A stretch of DNA of 15,103 nucleotides from an uncultured bacterium (GTDB taxonomy: Bacteria > Electryoneota > B3-LCP). Numbering within the stretch: the first letter of the stretch is position 1; each line of letters opens with the position of its first letter. The translations under genes were made by a program, and so were the position numbers. The notes under the pieces are model-generated. The model had not been told where the DNA came from and did not search any database. It was given only the letters and a program-made list of their open reading frames with translations. The stretch lies in NCBI GenBank assembly GCA_964533705.1, contig CAZHMN010000053.1, positions 3,226 to 18,328 of the forward strand. Direction: 5' to 3'. Positions 8,257 to 13,967 of the stretch are shown here, in pieces.

Positions 8257-9702
8257 ATGAAATCGCGTGTTTTAAATACATTGTTGGTGCTTTTCTTCCT
8301 CTGCGGTTTGGCCATATCCTCAGGGATAGCACAGACTGAAGAGGAAATTGACGTCGTTCCCGCCTACGTTCCTCCAGCCGAGCAGGCTCTGGCGCCGGTA
8401 AAACTGCCGCCGATCAAAGAGAAAGTGCTGAAGAACGGTCTAAAAGTGATCGTCGTCGAACATCATGAACTGCCGGTCGTTTCGTTGCGGCTCATGTGCA
8501 AAGCCGGCAGCCAGTACGATCCAGCAGGGAAGGCGGGCCTTACGCGGTTTATGACGGATTTGTTGACCAAAGGAACGGAAACACTAAGTGCCACGGAAAT
8601 CGCCGATAAAATTGATTTCATCGGCGGCAGATTGAGTGCGGGCAGCAACTGGGATGCCACTTATGTCACCTGCACGGCATTGACGAAGCATCTGCAGACT
8701 GCGTTGGAGTTGATGCAGGACGTGGTGCTGAATCCCGCTTTCAGCGATGGTGAAATCGAGCGGAACAGGCAGCAAACGCTATCCAGCATTGAAAACGATA
8801 AAGATCGGCCCAGCACCATTGCCAACGAAGCATTCAACCGTTGGTTGTTCGGCGAACATCCCTACGCGTTTCCGATCGAAGGAACCGAAGAAACGGTGAA
8901 ATCATTCACCCGGGATGACGTCCTCAAACAGTATGAGCTCATCTTCAATCCGAACAACTCAGCTCTCTTCATTGTGGGAGATATTTCGCCGAAAAAAGCC
9001 TTCAAAATCGCCAGGGAATCATTCCAGAGTTGGCCGGAAGGATCCGTGCCGGAAGCAGTTTTTCCCATACCGGAAGCTCCTGAAGGTTATAAAGTGCGTC
9101 TGGTCAATAAACCGGACGCCACCCAGGCGCAGATCCGTTTCGGACATCTCGGCATTGCCCGCGGCAACGAAGATTATTTCCCCGTCGTGATCATGAATTA
9201 CATTTTGGGCGGCGGTGGGTTCGCTTCAAGACTGGTCAAAGTCATTCGCTCTGAAAAGGGATTGACCTATAGCGTTCGCTCGTCTTTCAGCACCCGTCTG
9301 CAGGCCGGGCCGTTCACGACTTCCACCTTCACCAAAAACGAATCCACGCTTGAAGCCATTGAGGCGATGATTGAGCTGATCAAAGAATACCAGGAGTCCG
9401 GGCCCACAGATGAGGAACTAAAGAAAGCCAAATCCTATCTAACCGGAAGTTACCCGTTGAATTTTGAAACACCGAGCAGCATCGCGGGCCAACTACAGGG
9501 TGTGGAGTTGTACGACCTCGGATCTGACTATATCGAAAAGTACCGCGATCGCGTCAATGCTGTAACAAAAGAAGACGTCATCCGAGTGGCTCGCAAATAC
9601 CTGCACTCCGATGATATGCTCTTCGTCGTGGTCAGTAAGGCGGATGAAGTCAAGGAAGACCTGGAAAAGTTGGGACCTGTTGAAGTTCTCGAAATCGAGT
9701 AG
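8257..9702 (+). CDS. M16-family peptidase homolog lacking HxxEH, the probable non-catalytic partner subunit
   Basis: Signal peptide MKSRVLNTLLVLFFLCGLAISSG. It has the M16 fold signature (GxxxLxxxMxxKGT...). The position equivalent to HxxEH reads LTRFMTDLL. GGAGGAG SD upstream. An adjacent active/inactive arrangement is typical of heterodimeric M16B peptidases. Confidence 0.85.
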   Translation: MKSRVLNTLLVLFFLCGLAISSGIAQTEEEIDVVPAYVPPAEQALAPVKLPPIKEKVLKNGLKVIVVEHHELPVVSLRLMCKAGSQYDPAGKAGLTRFMTDLLTKGTETLSATEIADKIDFIGGRLSAGSNWDATYVTCTALTKHLQTALELMQDVVLNPAFSDGEIERNRQQTLSSIENDKDRPSTIANEAFNRWLFGEHPYAFPIEGTEETVKSFTRDDVLKQYELIFNPNNSALFIVGDISPKKAFKIARESFQSWPEGSVPEAVFPIPEAPEGYKVRLVNKPDATQAQIRFGHLGIARGNEDYFPVVIMNYILGGGGFASRLVKVIRSEKGLTYSVRSSFSTRLQAGPFTTSTFTKNESTLEAIEAMIELIKEYQESGPTDEELKKAKSYLTGSYPLNFETPSSIAGQLQGVELYDLGSDYIEKYRDRVNAVTKEDVIRVARKYLHSDDMLFVVVSKADEVKEDLEKLGPVEVLEIE

Positions 9703-9752
9703 AGTTTGGCGGGTATTTGGATACGAATTAAAGCCCCCTAAGGTTGAAATAC

Positions 9753-10067
9753 ATGACTGCCATCGCCAGAGAGCTCGGATATTTGGCGAAGGATTATTCC
9801 ATAGATGAAATGCAAGGTTCGGTGTTCCACCACAGCTTTCTAAAACAGCCGGAGATCCGTGAAGTTGCCAGAATTCAGAAGCTCTTTTATATCGGAGCAC
9901 GAAACCACAAATGGATCCCCCTGATTCGCAAGATCGTCCGTTACAACCTGGGTCCGATCTACACTGGAATATTCTTCCTGACCTATTTTATTCGCTACAT
10001 GCGAGAATCAGGGCATAGTTTCTTCAGTACTTTGATCATAGGCTTCAAGCACCTGAAGAACTACTAA
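9753..10067 (+). CDS. Hypothetical small protein (104 aa) with a hydrophobic C-terminal half. I do not recognise a family.
   Basis: ATG at 9753, with AAGG 9 nt upstream. It translates to MTAIARELGYLAKDYSIDEMQGSVFHHSFLKQPEIREVARIQKLFYIGARNHKWIPLIRKIVRYNLGPIYTGIFFLTYFIRYMRESGHSFFSTLIIGFKHLKNY. A strong terminator follows it. GC is slightly lower than the neighbours. I see no homology support. The only minus-strand ORF overlapping this region (9493..9900) also overlaps the 3' end of the M16 gene and is rejected. Confidence 0.4.
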   Translation: MTAIARELGYLAKDYSIDEMQGSVFHHSFLKQPEIREVARIQKLFYIGARNHKWIPLIRKIVRYNLGPIYTGIFFLTYFIRYMRESGHSFFSTLIIGFKHLKNY

Positions 10068-10090
10068 TCCAGAGTTTCAATCCAGAAGAC

Positions 10091-10113
10091 ACCCGGGTTT
10101 GCCCGGGTTTTTT
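10091..10113 (+). terminator. Rho-independent terminator closing the moxR to small-ORF gene string
   Basis: ACCCGGG (10091-10097) pairs with CCCGGGT (10102-10108) as a perfect 7-bp GC-rich stem. The loop is TTTG. A T-run follows at 10108-10113 (TTTTTTATT). Confidence 0.8.
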
Positions 10114-10143
10114 ATTGCTGAAATATTTTCTCCTTGAATTTAC

Positions 10144-10172
10144 TTGCAATTGCAAAATAAATCTCGTATAAT
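10144..10172 (+). promoter_or_regulatory. Sigma70-like promoter for selA
   Basis: TTGCAA at 10144-10149, a 17-nt spacer, then the consensus TATAAT at 10167-10172. A second TTGCAA follows immediately at 10150-10155, giving a tandem -35-like duplication. GAGGAA RBS at 10191-10196. selA ATG at 10209. Confidence 0.55.
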
Positions 10173-10208
10173 CTATAGTGCCCTTTTTTCGAGGAATCCA
10201 TTTACAGT

Positions 10209-11615
10209 ATGATTGATGACGCCGTACAATCTCGTCTAAAAGAACTGCCTCAAGTTGGAAACCTCATGGAGGACAGCAACTTGCAGGAGCTGGTGACGGA
10301 ATTTTCGCACGATTTGGTCAAGCGGTGCTGCATCGCGGTTCTTGAACAGAGGAGAGAGGCGATTTTATCCGGTGGGGGAGAAGCCCCGGAGCGATCTGAA
10401 CTCATCGCCGAGGTTCGAAAATGCATGGAAGCATTTCTCCAACCGAGGATAAAGCGCGTCATCAATGCCACTGGCATCCTGTTGCACACCGGATTGGGGC
10501 GGGCGCCCTTGTTGGAAGAAGTTTATAAGCGAGCTTTTGAACGGGTGCGAGGTGCCTGCGATCTCGAGCTTGATTTAGAGTCCGGCAAGCGCGGCGACCG
10601 CCAGGATAATCTGGGAGATTTGCTGCAGTTTGTAACTGGTGCTGAGAGCGCAGCGGTGGTGAACAATAATGCCGGAGCTGTCATGCTGGCGCTAAATACA
10701 CTGGCCAATCGCAAGGAGACTATCGTCTCCCGGGGCCAGTTGATCGAGATCGGCGGGTCCTTCCGACTGCCCGAGGTCATGCGCAAGTCCGGTACGCGCC
10801 TGGTTGAAGTCGGAACGACCAATCGAACCTATCTTCGAGATTATCAGGAGGCTGTCGGCCCCAGGACACGAGCCATTCTGGTGGCGCATTCGAGCAACTA
10901 CCGCATTAGTGGTTTTGTGCACGAAGAGGATCTTAACAAGATTGCCCGGTTCTGCAGAAAACACGATCTCTTCCTCATTCATGACCTTGGGGGAGGCGTT
11001 CTGCTGGATTTGAAGCGTTGGAACTTACCCCGCGAACCGGTCGTCCGAGAGAGCCTCGAAGCTGGCGCCCATGTGGTCACGTTCAGCGGGGATAAGGTTC
11101 TGGGCGGCCCTCAGGCTGGGATTCTGGTTGGTGAGAGATCGGCGCTGAAGCGCATTCGCAAAAATCCGCTGATGAGAGCCCTGAGACCGGATAAGTTCAC
11201 TCTTGCTCTGTTGGAAGAGACGCTGAAGCTGTATCTATCACCTGGAAAGTTACTTGAAAATCATCCGGTGCTGTCAAGATTGGCCGAAAGTTCGGATCAG
11301 GCCATAAGGAGGGCGGAAAAGATCCACCAGGCGGTTGCCGCTAAAGGCGTACCGGAAAATATGCAATTGAAGGTGGTAGCCTCTTCCGCTCAGTTGGGGT
11401 CGGGAGCTTTGCCGCTGGAAGAATTCCCCTCGGCGGCCATAAGGTTAAGAATCAAGGGTATGCCGGCAGCTCAGGTTGCCATGAGATTACGCTTGGCCGA
11501 TCCGCCAGTCGTGGGTTATATCCGCAAGGATGGTGTTTATTTGGACGTCAAGGCGATCATGGAGGACGATATTGAACCACTATCTCACGCACTCAGCGAT
11601 TTATTTTACGTATAA
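10209..11615 (+). CDS. selA: L-seryl-tRNA(Sec) selenium transferase (selenocysteine synthase)
   Basis: 468 aa, the same size as bacterial SelA. It has the diagnostic blocks RVINATGILLHTGLGRAPL and the PLP-lysine block VVTFSGDKVLGGPQAGILVGE. The N-terminus MIDDAVQSRLKELPQVGNL is SelA-like. Confidence 0.93.
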   Translation: MIDDAVQSRLKELPQVGNLMEDSNLQELVTEFSHDLVKRCCIAVLEQRREAILSGGGEAPERSELIAEVRKCMEAFLQPRIKRVINATGILLHTGLGRAPLLEEVYKRAFERVRGACDLELDLESGKRGDRQDNLGDLLQFVTGAESAAVVNNNAGAVMLALNTLANRKETIVSRGQLIEIGGSFRLPEVMRKSGTRLVEVGTTNRTYLRDYQEAVGPRTRAILVAHSSNYRISGFVHEEDLNKIARFCRKHDLFLIHDLGGGVLLDLKRWNLPREPVVRESLEAGAHVVTFSGDKVLGGPQAGILVGERSALKRIRKNPLMRALRPDKFTLALLEETLKLYLSPGKLLENHPVLSRLAESSDQAIRRAEKIHQAVAAKGVPENMQLKVVASSAQLGSGALPLEEFPSAAIRLRIKGMPAAQVAMRLRLADPPVVGYIRKDGVYLDVKAIMEDDIEPLSHALSDLFYV

Positions 11616-11703
11616 CGTACAGAGACGTCAATGATCTTTTAAAAATGATTTTTTGTTTTAATATTGATTTTTACGGATTTTAACCTTATTTTATATTTGT
11701 TGG

Positions 11704-13032
11704 ATGAAATATGAGCCATATAATATGTCGCCAAGCGGCATGAGAAAATATCATACAATCTGTCTAATGGCGATCGCGTTGGCGATTGCCTTGAGTTCAA
11801 ATGCCGCCACGGTGAAGATGATCGAGGTTGACGGTGTGATTCATCCGGCGAGCTCGCGTTTCATTCAGAAAGCGATTGACGAAGCCAACGAAGATCACGC
11901 CGAAGCGCTGCTGATCCAGCTTGATACTCCGGGCGGATTGATGGAGTCCATGCGGGACATCATCAAGGCTATGCTGGCCAGCGACGTACCCGTGATCGTC
12001 TACGTCGCCCCATCCGGATCGCGGGCGGGTTCCGCGGGCGTCTTTATCACGCTGGCTGCTCACATCGCGGCGATGGCTCCCGGTACCAATATTGGTGCCG
12101 CTCATCCGGTTACAATGGGTATGGGGCAGCAGGAAGACAGCACCGGCGTCATGGAAGATAAAATCCTCAATGATGCCGTCGCCTACATCCGGTCTATTGC
12201 GGAACGCCGGGGCCGTAATGCTGATTGGGCCGAGAGCGCCGTGCGGGAATCCGCCTCCATTACTGAAACGGAGGCTCTGCAGAAGAACGTTATTGATATC
12301 ATCGCGCCTTCAATGGACAGTCTTCTGGTCATGCTGGACGGCAAAGAAGTCGAGCTTCCGCTCGGCACGCGTAAATTGTCCCTGAGAGACGCTGAAATTG
12401 AAGAAATTCCCATGACCTGGCGGGATCGGTTTCTGGACGTTATCAGTGACCCGAACATCGCCTATGTGCTGATGCTGCTGGGGATTTACGGTCTATTTTT
12501 TGAGCTTTACAATCCCGGTACAATCGTTCCCGGCGTGATTGGAGGCATCTGCCTTATACTGGCATTCTTCGCTTTCCAGACGCTTCCGATCAACATCGCC
12601 GGTCTGTTGTTGATTTTGTTGGCCATCGTACTTTTCCTGCTGGAGATAAAAGTGACCAGTTACGGCATTCTCGCCATCGGGGGAACAATTTCCCTCATTC
12701 TCGGTTCTGTGATGCTAATCGAATCCCCCATCCCCGGCTTGCGGATTTCTTGGGGAGTCATCTTGCCCGGCGTTCTCGGTACGGTTCTCTTCTTCTTAGT
12801 TGCCATAACACTAAGCGTGAGAGCACAGAGGCGCCAGCCGACAACGGGCTATGAAGGTATGATAGGTGAAATCGGTAGCGTGGTGGAAGATCTCGCACCG
12901 AAGGGCCGGGTGAAGGTTCACGGGGAAATCTGGTATGCGAAAGCCAGTTCTGGAACTATTCCCGCAGGAACAGAAGTTAAAGTAATCAAAGTCGAAAAGA
13001 TGCTGTTGACCGTTGAACCGCACATATCTTGA
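11704..13032 (+). CDS. Long-form NfeD, a membrane-bound ClpP-class serine protease with a C-terminal OB-fold domain (stomatin-operon partner protein, STOPP)
   Basis: 442 aa. The N-terminal protease domain is IEVDGVIHPASSRFIQKAIDEA...LIQLDTPGGLMESMRDII...VYVAPSGSRAGSAGVFITLAAHIAAMAPGTNIGAAHPV. A central block of 4-5 hydrophobic helices follows (LMLLGIYGLFF...ILLAIVLFLLEI...). The C-terminal beta-barrel segment is GMIGEIGSVVEDLAPKGRVKVHGEIWYAKASSGTIPAGTEVKVIKVE. In-frame alternative ATG starts at 11725 and 11740. The 11740 start gives a cleaner signal-peptide-like N-terminus, MRKYHTICLMAIALAIALSSNAA. No SD is visible for any of the three. Confidence 0.88.
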   Translation: MKYEPYNMSPSGMRKYHTICLMAIALAIALSSNAATVKMIEVDGVIHPASSRFIQKAIDEANEDHAEALLIQLDTPGGLMESMRDIIKAMLASDVPVIVYVAPSGSRAGSAGVFITLAAHIAAMAPGTNIGAAHPVTMGMGQQEDSTGVMEDKILNDAVAYIRSIAERRGRNADWAESAVRESASITETEALQKNVIDIIAPSMDSLLVMLDGKEVELPLGTRKLSLRDAEIEEIPMTWRDRFLDVISDPNIAYVLMLLGIYGLFFELYNPGTIVPGVIGGICLILAFFAFQTLPINIAGLLLILLAIVLFLLEIKVTSYGILAIGGTISLILGSVMLIESPIPGLRISWGVILPGVLGTVLFFLVAITLSVRAQRRQPTTGYEGMIGEIGSVVEDLAPKGRVKVHGEIWYAKASSGTIPAGTEVKVIKVEKMLLTVEPHIS

Positions 13033-13087
13033 TGTTAATAATGGGTTTAAAATTAAACGAAAAAAAACAAAAATAGAGGGTAGCATT

Positions 13088-13435
13088 TTGGCAGCCAAAA
13101 AAGAAAAAACCTGTAACCTATGCGGTCGTAAGTTGCCGGTTTCCCAGTTCTACACGCAGAAGACGTCGGTTGGCACAACGGTGTATCGGTCCAGATGCAA
13201 GGAATGCTATCGGAATGTCACCAAGGAATATTACTGGGCAAACCGGGATATGTTATTGAAGCGACAGCGCCAGCAGTACAAGAAAAGACGCCCATATCTT
13301 AAGAATTACTACCAAACGCACCGCGAGGAACGTTTGAAGTATCAGCGCGAGTGGTACAGAAAACGTAGACTGAAGCGGGCGGATCTCGCCGCGCAAAATG
13401 AGAAGGAAAAAGCTGGCGCAGGTGGTAATTCCTAA
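13088..13435 (+). CDS. Small, very basic C4 zinc-ribbon protein (115 aa) with a Tyr/Arg/Lys-rich tandem repeat. Function unknown; possibly nucleic-acid binding.
   Basis: TTG at 13088 with GAGGG 7 nt upstream. The ORF is open further upstream to TTG 13013, which would overlap the nfeD 3' end. CxxC at C9/C12 (CNLCGRK) and CxxC at C37/C40 (CKEC) are spaced about 24 aa apart, as in a zinc ribbon. Two copies of a repeat of about 22 aa follow: EYYWANRDMLLKRQRQQYKKRR and NYYQTHREERLKYQREWYRKRR, which share 11 of 22 positions. Net charge is roughly +25. Two details argue against an A-rich artefact: the Cys pairs lie in the same frame as the repeat, and the frame stays open for 348 nt. Confidence 0.6.
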   Translation: MAAKKEKTCNLCGRKLPVSQFYTQKTSVGTTVYRSRCKECYRNVTKEYYWANRDMLLKRQRQQYKKRRPYLKNYYQTHREERLKYQREWYRKRRLKRADLAAQNEKEKAGAGGNS

Positions 13436-13512
13436 TCGGGCGATGCCATCTTGAAAAAACTCGATTGTCCGCCTATTTAGAAGCGTAGTCCAATCAGAGT
13501 CATCGATTTCCT

Positions 13513-13548
13513 GGGGTGCCCGATGCAAAGAGCTAATTCGGGCGCCCC
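13513..13548 (+). other. GC-rich RNA hairpin in the 160-nt spacer after the zinc-ribbon gene. There is no U-tract. A processing or attenuation element is possible.
   Basis: GGGGTGCCCGA (13513-13523) pairs with TCGGGCGCCCC (13538-13548) over 11 bp with one G-U wobble. The stem can extend to 13 bp with the flanking CT/GG. The loop is 14 nt (TGCAAAGAGCTAAT). GGGATG follows, not a T-run. Confidence 0.4.
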
Positions 13549-13596
13549 GGGATGTGCTTAAAACCATCTCCGTTTCTGCTAAATATTGAGAATCTC

Positions 13597-13899
13597 ATGA
13601 ACCTTGAAGATCTCGAAAAACGCTTGGAAAAGGTCGGATCCGATATTGGGCAGCGTCTCGAAGAAATCAGTCAACGGCTCGATGATCACCTCTCCGGCAA
13701 GGGATCTACGGGAGGCGCATCCAGTGAATCGCAAGTACCACAGCGGAGGGGTTACAGCACCCCCTTCTGGGGTGTTGCTCTGGTTGTCATCGGCGTCATC
13801 CTGCTCGGTAACCACTTCGATTGGTTCGATCTGCAAATTCCCGTCATTCCAACAGCGCTTATCATCCTGGGCTGTTACCTGATATTAGAAAATCGCTAA
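13597..13899 (+). CDS. Small membrane protein (100 aa) with an N-terminal coiled-coil region and a C-terminal two-helix transmembrane hairpin. This resembles the LiaI/LiaF-type or PspC-like TM module.
   Basis: ATG at 13597, in frame with an upstream ATG at 13552. The protein is MNLEDLEKRLEKVGSDIGQRLEEISQRLDDHLSGKGST..., which shows heptad-like charge periodicity. Then come FWGVALVVIGVILLGNHF, a DWFDLQ turn, and IPVIPTALIILGCYLIL. The W-G-x-x-L-x-x-I-G-x-x-L-L ... P-x-x-L-I-x-x-G-x-Y-L-I pattern recalls LiaI/LiaF N-terminal hairpins. This call is by memory of the family, not by search. Confidence 0.55.
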   Translation: MNLEDLEKRLEKVGSDIGQRLEEISQRLDDHLSGKGSTGGASSESQVPQRRGYSTPFWGVALVVIGVILLGNHFDWFDLQIPVIPTALIILGCYLILENR

Positions 13900-13910
13900 T
13901 CTCCCCGTTT

Positions 13911-13929
13911 CTGGTGAAACGATCACCAG
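13911..13929 (+). other. Short hairpin 12 nt after the stop of the small membrane gene. There is no U-tract.
   Basis: CTGGTGA (13911-13917) pairs with TCACCAG (13923-13929). The loop is AACGA. GATAGAG follows rather than a T-run. The stomatin RBS lies about 30 nt downstream. Confidence 0.3.
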
Positions 13930-13967
13930 GATAGAGTTCCATCCCAATTCTCAAATTGGAGGCATCT

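Noticed and set aside
9703-10208. Possible tRNA-Sec (selC) next to selA
   Set aside because: I looked for a GTTCRANYC-type T-arm, an 8-bp acceptor stem and a UCA anticodon context in this and the other intergenic regions on both strands. None was found. The only strong structure is the terminator hairpin.
13033-13087. A-rich stretch (AAACGAAAAAAAACAAAAATAGAGGG) versus GAAAAAAC at 13452-13459 as possible target-site duplications flanking an inserted zinc-ribbon gene
   Set aside because: The match is only an A-rich 8-mer. That is too short and low-complexity to support an insertion event. No inverted repeats or integrase are present.
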